Assembly (NCBI RefSeq): GCF_902713615.1
Contig: NC_052152.1
Span: 85,759,228 to 85,823,227, forward strand
Reading direction: 5' to 3'
From: Scyliorhinus canicula
Taxonomy: Eukaryota
Length of the DNA stretch: 64,000 nucleotides
A model generated the notes under the pieces. The model was not told where the DNA came from, made no database searches, and saw only the letters and a list, made by a program, of their open reading frames with translations. This document shows, piece by piece, positions 50,851 to 63,198 of the stretch. The position numbers were made by a program, and so were the translations under genes. Each line of letters starts with the position of its first letter. The first letter of the stretch is position 1.

Positions 50851-51322
50851 GAGCACAGTAAGAAGTCTTACAACACCAGGTTAAAGTCCAACAGGTTTGT
50901 TTCAAATCACTAGCTTTCGGAGCACTGCTCCTTCCTCAGGTGAATGAAGAGGTATGTTCCCGAAACATATATATGGACAAAGCCAAAGGTGCAAGACATT
51001 GCTTTGAATGTGAGCATTTGCAGGCAATTAAGTCTTTACAGATCCAGAGATAGGGGTAATCCCAGGTTAAAGAGGTATGAATTGTCTCAAGCCAGGACAG
51101 TTGTTAGGATTTCGGAAGACAAGGCCAGATGGTGGGGGATGAATGTAATGCGACATGAATCCCAGGTCCCGGTTGAGGCCGCACTCATGTGTGTGGAACT
51201 TGTCTATAGGTTTCTGCTCAGCGATTTTGCATTGTCGCGCGTCCTGAAGGCCGCCTTGGAGAACGCTTACCCGGAGATTAGAGGCTGAATGTCCTTGACT
51301 GCTGAAGTGTTCCCCAACAGGT
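50851..51322 (-). mobile_element. Penelope-like element 3' end: GIY-YIG C-terminus plus terminal repeat with hammerhead motif
   Basis: PVGEHFSSQGHSASNLRVSVLQGG...AEQK.I.KF.T...GLNRDLGFMSHY. Downstream ttcattcac-CTGAGGA-A-GGAGC(agt)GCTCC-GAAA-GC-TA-gtgatttgaa (minus strand, ~50901-50948). Confidence 0.85.
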
Positions 51323-52264
51323 TTTAATGGTACTGGGAAGTGGGAGTGGAGTGGTGAGGGGGAGTATGCAGAGAGGAGCAGATTCGAGGGGAAGTGGTTA
51401 GAGGCTTCTGGGGAGGGGGGGAGGTGGAGCAGGGGTAGTTGGCTGACTAGGGCCAGGGCTTGGTCCCACTTGTGTGGCAAGATCAGGGATAATGGTCATG
51501 GCTGATAGGAGGAAGAGGGGGTTGAGAGACCCCCAGTCCCAATGGTAACATGGAACATGTGGGGGGTGGGTGGAGCGATGAACTGGTTGAGAGTCTTCAC
51601 ACATTTGAAGAGTTTGAGAGCAGATGTGGTGTTATTGCAGGAGACCCAGTTGAGTGTGAAGGACCAGGTAAGGCTTCGGAAGCATGGGCGAGTCAGGTGT
51701 TCCACTTGGGCTTGGAGAGCAGGGCCCCGGGTAGCGGCATTAGTGGGTAAGTGAGTTAGGTTTCAGATGGAGAAGGTGGTAGCAGTTCAGGTGGGCAGAT
51801 ACATTTTAGTAATGGGCGCTTTGGAGTGAAGATTTATATTTGTGGTGTTGGAGTGGTTTGGGATTGGGCCTATGTTTCTGGTGTGAGTCAAATTGTTATA
51901 TAAGGAACCAGAGGTGTATGTTCATAGAAATGAGGTGAACTCTGCGTATTTTCAGCTGCATAGGGGAATGATACAGGGTGTCCCATGTCCCCCCTTTTGT
52001 TTGTGCTAGTGATAGAGCCCTTGGCCATTGCGCTATGGAGCTTGGATAAGTAGAGGGGGATAGTGAGAAGCATGGGGTGGAGCATGAGGTGTCCCTACAT
52101 GTTGTTGACCTTTTTTGTTGTATATTTTTAACCCAGGTCTCATGGTGGGGGATATGATGGGGCTGCTCTGGCGATTTGGAGCTTTCTTGGGATATAAATT
52201 GAATTTGGAGAAGAACAAATGCTTTGTGTTTCCCCCTCCGGGGGCGGGAGCTGGCTTGGAGGGG

Positions 52265-53231
52265 ATTATTTGTGATATATATTGATGATTTGGATGAGAA
52301 TGTCGGAGGCATGGTTAGTAAGTTTGCAGATGACACCAAGATTGGTGGCATAGTGGATAGTGAAGAATGATATATAAGATTGCAACAGGATCTTGGTCAA
52401 TTGGACCACTGGGCCGATGAATGGCAGATGGAGCTTAATTTGGATAAATGTGAGGTGATGAATTTTTTAGATCAGATCAGGGCAGGACCTATTCTGTTAA
52501 TGGTGGGAAGTTGGGGAGAGTTACAGGACAAAGAGATCTCGGAGTACAGATTCATAGCTTCTTGAAGGTGGAGTCGCAGGTGGACAGGGTGGTGAAGAAG
52601 GATTTCAGCATGCTAGGTTTTATGGTCAGAATATTGAATACAGGAGTTGGGAAGTCTTGTTGAAGTTGTACAAGACATTGGTAAGACCACACGTGGAATA
52701 CTGTGTTCAGTTCTGGTATCCCTATTATAGGAAGGATATTGTTAAGCTAGAAAGAGTGCAGTAGAGATTTACGAGAATGCTACTAGGACTTGATGGTCTG
52801 AGCTATAAGGAGAGGCTGGATAGGCTGGGACTTTTTTCCCTGGAGGCTTAGCGGTGATCTTATAGAGGTCTATAAAATAATGAGGTAGTCAGCATCTTTT
52901 CCCGAAGGTGAGGAGCCTGGAAATAGAGGGCATAGGTTTAAGGCAAGAGGGGAGAGATAAAAAAGAGACCAGAGGGGAAATTTCTTCACACAGAGGACAG
53001 TCAGCATTTGGAATGGGCAGCCAGCGGCAGTGGTAGAGGTGGGTACAATTTTTTCCTTTGAAAAACAGTTAGACAGTTACATGGGTAAGGTGGGTATAGA
53101 GGAATATGGGCCAAATGCAGATTGGCAGATATGCATGTATCATGCCAGCCTAGTGATAGAAACTGGGCGGCATGGACAAGTTGGGTCAAAGGGCCTGTTT
53201 CCATGCTGTAAACATCTATGACTCTATGATT
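52265..53231 (+). mobile_element. 5'-truncated CR1 LINE inserted in the L1
   Basis: IDDLDENVGGMVSKFADDTKIGG, LQQDL.QL..WADEWQME, and a (tctatgac)n tail. Confidence 0.9.
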
Positions 53232-54868
53232 GCTATTTCACGTGGCGACTACTCACTTCAAATACCTGGGGGTGCAGGTGGCTTGGGACTGGGCCCGGCT
53301 CCGTTAATTGAACTTTACGAGCCTGGTGGGTAGGGTTAAGGCAGATATGTTGATGTGGGGCACCCTCCCCCTATCATTGACAGGCTGGGTGCAGGCGGTA
53401 ATGATGAATATTTTGCTGCGGTTTTTATTTGTATTCCACTGCTTACCAGCCTTTTTGCCAAAGGCGTTTTTCATCCAGGTGGAACGGTCGATTTTGTCGT
53501 TTGTATGGGTGGGTAAGGTGGCGAGGATTTTGTAGACGGTGCTTCGGAGAGGGGACAATTGGGGGTTTGGCTCTTCTGAATCTGATGTATTACTATTGGG
53601 TGGTGAACGCAGAAAAGGTGCGGGGCTGGGGTAGGGAGCCGGAGGCAATGTGGGTGAGGATGAAGACAGGCTCTTGTAAGGGGTTGGGGTTGTGGGCGCT
53701 GACAAAGGCCCAAAAAACTGGCAAAGTGCCAGTGAATAGCTGGGTCAATCTCGGCGCTGCAGCCGCCAAGAAACACCTCGCCAAATGCGCCGAAAGTGGA
53801 CTTAGTTTAAGTCTGCGGAATCGCGCCCTCGAACTCCAAAGTTCATGTGAGTCGTGTTAAATTTATGATACCATAAAAGTCAGTCAAGATTTATTTTTTC
53901 CTATCCCTTTCTACAACAAAAACAATAAGAATCACTATTTATAAGCAGTATAAGGATGTTATTTTATTGTAATTCCACAAAATATCCATTTCAATTTGAA
54001 GACTCTAAGGTGTTTAAAACTGTCAGTATTCATCTTTAAAGATACAGAAGATGCGTTTATTATATATAAATTGCACATTAGAGTCAGAGAATGGATATTG
54101 ACATTGCAATGTATGAAATTATTCAGTTATGTTGACTGTATGGATCATACTGGAAGGTGGTGAATTTCTGTCAAATGGTACAAAATGCTGTTTACATTGT
54201 TTCCACATCTCATCTGCAAGTATTTTGGATAATCAAGAGAACCCTTGCAGAAATTCAACTTCCATGTATTTAATAGTGTCAGCAAATGTAAAAGCAACGT
54301 GTTCAAAGCATCCATCAAGCTAATTAAGCATAGAAAATAGATTTAATGGAAACCATGTGCACGGTAACCTACAACTTTATCCTGTTATCTCAGGAACAGA
54401 GTTTGAATCAGGTCTTAACTGACTGATTGTCCAGCTACCAAATTGGCTTTCATCCACAAACAAAAACACAAAATACTGGAATAGCTCAGATCAAGCAGCA
54501 TCTATGGAGAAAAAAAACAGACAGTTACCATTTCAGGCTGATTATCTATCATCGACTGTATTTTGGTTTCATTTTTATATTAGCTTTTCCTTGGTTCATC
54601 ATTACTGTGGAGTTCACTTTTCACTGCCATAAAGGATGACTGGGATGAGCAGTTGACAAAGCCTTCAATTGCACTATTATCAGTTCTGATTTCTAGATTG
54701 TTTCCAGTCTTTTTCAATTGTCCTAAGGGTAATTGAATCTCTGTGAACATTCGCAACTTGCTGTAATGAGCCAATCCAAGTTGAAAAATAGTCCACTTGT
54801 TTTAGCTTCTGATCTAATGGAATCATGATGTCCATATCCATTCTTTACTTATGAACATCTTCTCAGTG

Positions 54869-57800
54869 TGTTATAACCTGCCTGCTTACCATTGGCTGGG
54901 GACTAATGACAATCCACAATCCTGTGGGAGTATGAGCTTCCCCAATGAGGGGGGGGCGGAGAAATCATTAGCATAAATAGAGCTGGCCAGTTTGGAACGA
55001 GGAAGAGAGGAGTTTGGCAGCAAGAAAAGTTGTTACTGCTGTTGTGTATATTATATGTTAATTTGTAAATAAATGTTATTTCTTTGTATCCTGAAAACTC
55101 GTGCTGGATTCTTTGTGGCCCTCAGAAAAGTGGTGACGAGGGTTAAAGTGAATAGCTGTCTACACTGCTGAAGCCACCTCCCTGGATTTTTGTTGGATAC
55201 AGGTTGGAAGTTGTTTTCTATTTCACCATGCCTCTGCATGGACGTTTGGATGTTTTTGATGCTGCGCTTGAAAGCTGGAACCAGTACGCACAACGGATGC
55301 GTTACTATTTCCGGGCAAACAACATCACCGAAAACGAGCGCCAGGTGGTCATATTCCTCACCGCCTGCGGCCCGCATACGTTTGGGATGATTAGGAGCCT
55401 TATGTACCCAGCTGTGCCGGACACCAAAACGTTTGATGAACTTGTGAGCTTAGTGGGGCAACATTTTAACCCAACCCCATCCACGATAGTCCAACGTTAC
55501 CGGTTTAATATCGCTGAGAGGACCCCAGGAGAATCCCTTGCTGACTTTCTATCCAGGCTACGCAGGATTGCGGAGTACTGTGACTATGGTGAGACCTTGT
55601 CAGAAATGTTACGCGACCGTTTGGTTTGCGGTATTAACAATGCGGCCACCCAGAGAAAGATGTTAGCTGAGCCAACATTGACTTTTCAGCAGGCCATTCA
55701 AATAGTATTGTCCCGAGAGAGCGCAGACCGAGGAGTGCAGGAGCTACAGGGAATGGAGGTGCACGCCTTGGGGCGCAACCCCTTCCGTCCGAAAGCATCC
55801 CCCCGCACCCCTGCGGTACCTTGGGAGAGGCGACGTCCGGATCGACCCCAGTGGCCGTCAGACATTCCTCCCTGAAGGGAGCCTTCTCCAGAACCAATGG
55901 ATGAGGAGCCATGTCTGTGTCAGACTTGCAGGCGCCGACCCCGTCGCGGACGCAAGTCCTGGGGGCGCCAGAGGCGCTGTCGTTCCGATCGAAACTGGGG
56001 CCAGCCCAGGGGCCGTAACTTTCATTTGGATGAACCTGCGGCGACTACTCCCGAGGACGTGGAGACGGAGGACGACTGCCTGCAGCTGCATTGTGTGGCA
56101 GCGCCCAGTGTGGCCCCCATTAAAGTGACAGTACGGGTCAATGGTCACCCGCTTGAGATGGAGTTGGACACTGGCGCAGCGGTCTCAGTGATCGCCCAGA
56201 GGACATTTGACCGCATCAAGCAGGGTATACAGACCCTTTCATTAACCGACACACAGGCCAGGTTGGCCACCTATACGGGGAAACCATTGGACATTGCAGG
56301 AACTACGATGACCCCTGTTGTTTATGGACGCCAGGAGGGGCGTTTCCCACTTATCGTGGTGCGCAGCGATGGGCCCAGCCTGTTGGGTCGGGACTGGTTG
56401 CGCCATTTGCGGTTGCAGTGGCAGCACATCCTCCAAACAGTTTCTGGAGGGTTGACTGAGGGGCTAGGACGATACCCAGATGTATTCCAGCCCAGTTTGG
56501 GGAAACCAAAAGGGGCTGTAGCCCATATAAGTCGAACCAGGAGCCACGCCACGCTATTTCCGGGCCCGCCCGGTGCCTTACGCCTTGCTCGAGAAGGTAG
56601 AAGGGGAGATCACTCGTTTGGAGACTTTGGGTATCATCAGGCCCGTCCGTTTCGCTGACTGGGCAGCACCAATTGTACCTGTAATGAAGCCAGATGCCAC
56701 AGTTCGCTTGTGCGGCGACTATAAACTTACAGTGAATACAGCTTCCCGATTCGACCGATACCCAATGCCTCGCATAGAGGATCTTTACGCGAAGCTTGCA
56801 GGTGGACTCTCGTTCACAAAATTAGATATGAGTCACGCCTACCTACAGTTGGAGCTGGACCCTGCTTCCCAGCCATATGTAATGATTAATACACACCAGT
56901 GCCTGTATGAATATACACGTTTGCCCTTTGGAGTATCCTCTGCCTGCGCTATTTTTCAATGCATTATGGAGGGCATTTTGAGAGGTTTACTGCATGTTGC
57001 TGTCTACTTGGATGACGTTTTGATCACAGGGACGTCGGAGCAGGAATATCTGGAAAATTTGGAGGCTGTCCTTAGACGCTTTTCGGAGGCTGGAGTTCGC
57101 TTACGTCGCACAAAGTGTGTTTTTCAGGTGAAGGAAGAAGTCTATCTGGGTTATTGGGTGGACTGCGAAGGTTTGCACCCCATCGCAGAGAAGGTGCACG
57201 CGATTCAACAGGCCCCCGCCCCGACTGACACTTCGCATCTTCGTTCGTTTCGCGGCCTCGTAAACTATTACGGAAAGTTCCTCCCCAATCTGGGAACTAC
57301 GCTGGCCCCGTTGCACCTTCTGCTAAAGAAGAATCACAGGGGTCAGCAGCAAGAAACTGCTTTCCGGCGGGTAAAACAACAATTGCCGTCGTCTGGGTTA
57401 CTAACCCACTATGATCCTGGAAAGCCTTTGCTCGTCACATGTGATGCATCCCCGTATGGAATTGAGGCCGTCCTATCCTACAAGATGGAGAATGGGGCCG
57501 AGCAGCCGATAGCTTTCGCCTCCCACACACTGACTGCAGCGGAAAAAAAATACGCGCAGATCGAGAAGGAGGGCCTGGTGGTGGTCTTTGCGGTGAAACG
57601 TTTCCACCAGTACGTATATGGCCGCCACTTCACTATCGTAACTGATCATAAGCCTCTGCTGGGACTTTTCAGAGAGGATAAACCAGTACCGCCCATTGCT
57701 TCCGCACGGATCTAGCGCTGGGTTTTGTTGCTCGCTGTCTACGAGTATTCTCTGGAGCACAAACCAGGAACCCAGATAGGGAATGCCGAAGCACTGAGCC

Positions 57801-59661
57801 GATTGCCTTTATCGACTGGCCCCATGTCGACCCTCCGACCGGCGAGGGGGTTGCATTCCTAAATTTTATGGACACCTTGCCTGTCATGGCATCACAGATC
57901 CGTGAGTGGACCCAGACGGAGCCGGTCCTGTCAAAGGTTCGGCACATAGTCCTGTATGGTGGGCAGCATAGACAGCTCCCAGGCGAGTTGCGGGCATTTT
58001 CCTCCAAGCTGTCCGAATTCAGAGTGGAAGACGGTATCCTTTTGTGGGGGACGCGTGTGATTGTCCCGGAAAAAGGACAGGAGCTGATACTGAGGGACTT
58101 GCACGATGGGCATCCAGGTGTGACCAATGGGCATCCAGGTGTGACCAAAATGAAAATGTTTGCCCGGAGTTATGTCTGGTGGCCAGGCCTCGACACCGAC
58201 ATTGAGAAGGTGGCCCAAAACTGCTCCATTTGCCAGGAGCATCAGAAGCTTCTGCCGGCCGCGCCCCGACATCACTGGGAATGGCCAGGGCAGCCTTGGG
58301 CGCGCTTGCATGCGGATTTCGCCGGCCCTTTTCAAGGATCCATGTTCCTGCTATTAATCGACGCCCAATCTAAATGGCTAGAGGTGCATAAGATGGAAGG
58401 CACAACGTCCTGCGCAACAATCGAGAAGATGCATTTGTCTTTCAGTAAGCATGGTCTCCCCGAGGTGCTGGTCACGGATAATGGAACTCCGTTCACAAGT
58501 TAGGAGTTTGCAAGGTTCATGAAGATGAACGGCATACGCCATATCCGCACTGCCCCTTACCACCCGGCTTCAAATGGGTTGGCGGAGAGCGCAGTGCAGA
58601 CCTTCAAACGAAGCCTAAAGAAGCAGTCTTCCGCGTCGATGGACACGAGACTGGCTTGGTTTTTGTTTGCATATAGGGCCACCCCCCATGCGGTGACTGG
58701 GGTAGCTCCCACAGAACTCCTAATGGGCCGTAGACTTCGCACCCGCCTTAGGATGGTTTTCCTGGACATTGGCGCAAAAGTATGCCGCACACAAGAACGA
58801 CAGGGACATGGTTTTTCTCGGCATCGGCCGATTCAGCAGTTTACGCCTGGTGACCCAGTGTTCTTTCGGAATTTTGCTGGTGGTGCCCAGTGGGTCCCTG
58901 GCGTAATCTTTCACCAAACGGGCCCTATCGCTTACCAGGTGCAAGCCCAAGGTCGTCTCCAGCGCAAACATGTAGACCATGTTCGGTCCAGTAGACTATC
59001 CCTGCCAAAGATTGCCCGCCCCAGGAGCTCATTCCTACAGCCACAGAGACCAGACACAATGGAAAGTATTCCTCACTCAAAGCCTGCCCAGGTCGTGACA
59101 GAACTGCGTGGAGATAAAGACGCCGAGATGACGGAGGCAGCAGACTCTGACTCCGAGATGGAGACACAAGACACCTCAGAGGGGGAATCCTCGGTCCCAT
59201 GGGTCGTGGATGGACAACCATTGCGCCGTTCATCACGGAAGCGCCGGTCTCCATCTCGTTACACGCCGCCCGATCCAGTGCCTCGTGCAAATGGTGTCCG
59301 GCCTGCAGCAAAACGAGTCCGAAACCCTCCTTCGCCGGGGTCTTCGGTGGATTCCTTGGACTTTGGGGGGGAGGGATGTTATAACCTGTCTGCTTACCAT
59401 TGGCTGGGGACTAATGACAATCCCACAATCCTGTGGGAGTATGAGCTTCCCCAATGAGGGGGGGGGGGGGGGGGCGGAGAAATCATTAGCAGACTCCCTG
59501 CATAAATAGAGCTGGCCAGTGTGGAACCAGGAAGAGAGGAGTTTGGCAGCAAAAGAAGTTGTTGCTGCTGTTGTGTGTGTATATATATGTTAATTTGTAA
59601 ATAAATGTTATTTCTTTGTATCCTGAAAACTCGTGCTGGATTCTTCGTGGCCCTCACAAAA
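54869..59661 (+). mobile_element. Full-length Gypsy LTR retrotransposon, disabled
   Basis: LTRs 54869-55129 and 59377-59661 (roughly 8-9 substitutions plus indels by eye), TSD CAGTG, PBS TGGTGACGAG (55131-55140), and PPT ggggggGAGGGA before 59377. Confidence 0.95.
55228..59457 (+). pseudogene. gag-pol polyprotein (gag, protease, RT, RNase H, integrase) with stops and frameshifts
   Basis: PGESLADFLSRLR/LRDRLVCG (gag), LDTGA (protease), YLDD (RT), CDASPYG/DHKPL (RNase H), GHPG..CSIC, HADFAGP, VTDNG, SNGLAE (integrase). Stops at 55873, 57713 and 58501; frameshifts near 56525 and 57820. Confidence 0.92.
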
Positions 59662-60079
59662 CAGTGACTCTGGTGTTGATACAAAATATGAAATATCTTG
59701 TTACGGTGATCTGCAGGTCACCATCATCTCCGTTTATCCTATTTCATTGACAAACCACAAAATTATTCTTTTTGCTTGAAGAGGTGCCATCATGATCCAT
59801 TCCGTTCCTTTCTAAACCCATTACTGACTTGTTTGTTGAATAGCTAAAATAATAACCACATCTGCCATTTTACTGAAATCAGTTGTGAATGTACGCATAT
59901 GTGATGATTTGTGAAAATTGTAAAACTATTAATAAGGCAGACTTATTTAAGTCATATTGTTGTAATTCCGTATTTGAATAGAATCTCAATCAGAGTGCTT
60001 GTTTGAGAAAATGAAAATGTCACATATCTGGCTTGGCAAATGATCTACTTGAGGTTAGGTGAAACACTAAGCAGATCAA

Positions 60080-60389
60080 CAACATAGTGCAGTTGGAACC
60101 ATCTTCAGCCAGAAGTACCAAATGGTTGATCCATCCCAACTTCCTCTGGGGTCCCAATAACAGATGCCAGCCTTCAGACAATTCAATTCACTCCATATAT
60201 TATCAAGGAATGGCTGAAGGCATTGGTTACAGCAAAACCAATGGAGCCTGATAACAACCTGACAGTCGGACTGTAGTACTCTTAGCAAGCTGTCCAGTGC
60301 AGCTCCAACAGAAGCATTTATCAGGCAATGTGGAGAATTGCTGAGATATGTTCTGTCTACAAAAAGCAGGACAAATACAATCTGGTCTA
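60080..60389 (+). mobile_element. LINE RT fragment hosting the deleted Gypsy; resumes at 62719-62790
   Basis: KKQDK.N..|.Y....LLSII.KIMQG is split by the LTR element. Confidence 0.65.
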
Positions 60390-62718
60390 TGATGTGTTGG
60401 GTATGCTGGGTCTGCGAGGACTGCGTTTACTATAGCAGTGAGAGAGAGAGGCTTCCAATACTTGGAGAAATGCAACTCTATTTTATTTAACTATTAAACA
60501 TACTTTAACTGTGGGTTAATCTCCACAGCTGTGGCAGACCAGCCACCTTCAGGTAGCTGAACACGAACTTGGTCATCAGGGACGAGAGCAGGGAGATCCG
60601 TGGCGTGGATGTCATACGCCGACTTGCATTGGGCCCGAGATTGTTGCATTCTTTGCAGGACCGGGAAATTGTCAAGGTCTGGGATGTGGATTGCAGGCAC
60701 CGTTGTCCGTAATGTGCGGTTCATTAGTAGTTGTGCTGGGGTCAGGACAGCGGGCAAAGAAATTGCCCTGTAGGCTAGTAGAGCGAGGTAAAAGTCTGAA
60801 CCCGCATCAGCCGCTTTACACAAGAGTCATTTGACAATGTGTACCCCCTTTTCAGCTTTGCCATTTGACTGGGGGTAGTGGGACTCGAGGTGACGTGTGT
60901 GAAATTATACCATCGGGCAAAATTGGTCCACTCCTGACTGGCAAAACACGGGCCATTATCGGTCATGACCGTGAGTGGAATGCCATGACGCCCAGATGAC
61001 CGCTGCCGATGTGAGGTCATGCAGCCTAACCACCTCAGGGTAGTTAGAGAAGTAATCCACAATGAGGATGTAGTCCCGGCCTTGTGTGTGGAAGAGATCA
61101 ATGCCAACCTTGGTCCATGGGGACGACACCAGTTCATGTGGCTGCAAAGTCTCTTTCGGCTGGAACCATTGGCACATTGGGAAGTTTAGAACAGTGTTGG
61201 CGATGTCCTGGTTGATGCCAGGCCAGTACACTGCCTCACGGCCCGCCGGCGACACTTTTCCACCCCCAGGTGACCCTCATGGAGCTGACCCAGGACGAGC
61301 TCCCGCATGCTTAAAGGAATGACAATCCTGTCCAATTTCAACAGAATTCCATCTGCCACTGTCAGATCATCTTTAATATTGTAGAATTGCGGTCACTGGC
61401 CTTTTTGCCATCCGTCTGTAAGATGGCGCATGACCCGTTGGAGCAGAGGATCCTTGGTGTTTCACGACGAATCTGGACGACTCGTTCGTCAGTGGCGGGC
61501 AAGTTAGATGCGCAGAACTCAACATGGGCATCAATTTGGCAAACAAAGTCTGACTGCTCGCACGGCCTAATGACGGAGCGGGAGAGCGCATCGGCCACGA
61601 TGAGCTCCTTGCCCAGGAAAAGCACGCAAAATGGCTGCCCTCATCCAGACTCAGGCCCTGGAGCTGTTTTACGGCCTGCACCCACTCCGCATCGTGGGGG
61701 CCTAGCCGTGCCGTCTCTGCCGCTTTAATGTGCAAGTACCGGTTAGTATCGTGCTCATGCAGGACGCAGGTTTCGATGGCTATAGCGAGGGTGAGCTGCT
61801 TCATATTAAGGAGCTGCTGGCGTAGGGAGTCTGAGTGTCATGGAGTCAGAGGTGGTGCCATAATTACAGGATTGCGCGAGGATACGGAGATGGGTTAGGA
61901 AGGACTGAAAAGGTTCATCCTTACCCTACAAACGCTGTTGAAAGACGTAGCGTTCAAAACTCTTGTTGACTTCGATGTCACAGTGGCTGTCGAACTTGAG
62001 CAGGACTGTTTTGAACTTGGATTTGTCCTCACCTTCAGCAAATGTGAGGGAGTTAAAAATGTGGATGGCGTGGTCCCCAGCTGTAGAGAGGAAGAGAGCA
62101 ATTTTTCTGGGATCTGACGCGGCTTCGAGGTTGGTGGCTTCGAGATGCAGCTGAAACTTCTGCTTAAAAATCTTCCAGTTGGCACCGAGATTGCCGGCGA
62201 CGCGGAGTGGCGGGGGAGGGCGGACGCTGTCCATATTACCAGATGGCTGATCGCCGGTCAAAGGCAGACTATCTCAGGGTAGGTCCGTCAAACTCTAACA
62301 TCATGCACTGCTACCATGATGTGTTGGGTATGCTGGGTCTGCGAGGACTGCTTTTACCATAGCAGTGAGAGAGACAGGCTTCCAACACTTGTAGAAATGC
62401 AACTCTATTTTATTGAAATATGAACTGTTACACATACTTGAACTGTGGGGTGACACTATGCTGAGTTGACTGGAGACCTGAGGCTAACCTGACCAGACTA
62501 TCCTGCTGCCACATGGTGGATGTTTGTGTTGCTGCTCACGGGCTCTGGCTGTCTCAGAGATTGCATCCTAAGAGAGCAGGAAAACTAGTGCCCTCTGGCT
62601 TTATAGTGGCCGTGTCCTGTCTGGTGATTGGCTGCTGTGTTCTGTCTGTTGATTGGTCATTCAGTGTCAGTCAATGTCTGTCTGTGCACCATCATATACT
62701 TTTGTGTATATTATGACA
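60390..62718 (-). mobile_element. Internally deleted Gypsy element
   Basis: 5' LTR 62317-62718 (TGTCAT..CATCA) and PBS TGGTAGCAG (initiator-Met-like, 62308-62316). gag MDSVRPPPPLRVAGNLGANWKIFKQKF; integrase WPGINQDI..KVGIDLF..VDYFS..TDNGP. Partial 3' LTR 60390-~60516 and TSD gtcta/gccta. Protease and RT are missing. Confidence 0.9.
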
Positions 62719-62889
62719 GCCTATTACTGCCACACCTGTCTACTCTCAATCATCGGAAAAATTATGCAAGGTATCGTTACAGTTCTATCAAGTGTAAGGG
62801 TCCTTCCTGTGTGTTCCTGTTTATTCCCTTGTTTCCCCTTTGTTTTAATTTTGCTATTACAATTTTGATCATTGGAAGATTAATGGACC

Positions 62890-63139
62890 TGTGCCTTTAA
62901 TCCATGCAGAAGCATGTGCTGGTTTAAACTGGAGTTTGACCAATGACAGATTTAGGCTGTGACTCGGTTTGACTGACTTTCCTGGTGGCCAATGAATTGG
63001 ACCAAATGTCAGTGCTCTGTCCAGAAACAGATGGTGATTGAATATGGTCACAATATGGTCACACTGATATGCTTTTCAGTGTGACCAGGCTTGTGTTTTC
63101 ATTTCACTTTTGGTTCTGAAACCTGGATGGAGGAGTTCT

Positions 63140-63198
<59 letters not shown>

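Larger units (their letters stand above)
50520..53710 (+). mobile_element. Fragmented L1-clade LINE with Penelope and CR1 insertions
   Basis: Endonuclease VTWN..G......VFTHLKSLRADVVLLQET (51542-51754), RT QGCP.SPLLF.LVIEPLAIAL (~51970-52040), and LPLSLTG.VQAV.MNIL.RFLF.F..LP (53308-53535). Confidence 0.8.

Noticed and set aside
58980-59376. env gene or chromodomain after the integrase
   Set aside because: There is no hydrophobic transmembrane segment or chromodomain aromatic motif, only a low-complexity charged tail.
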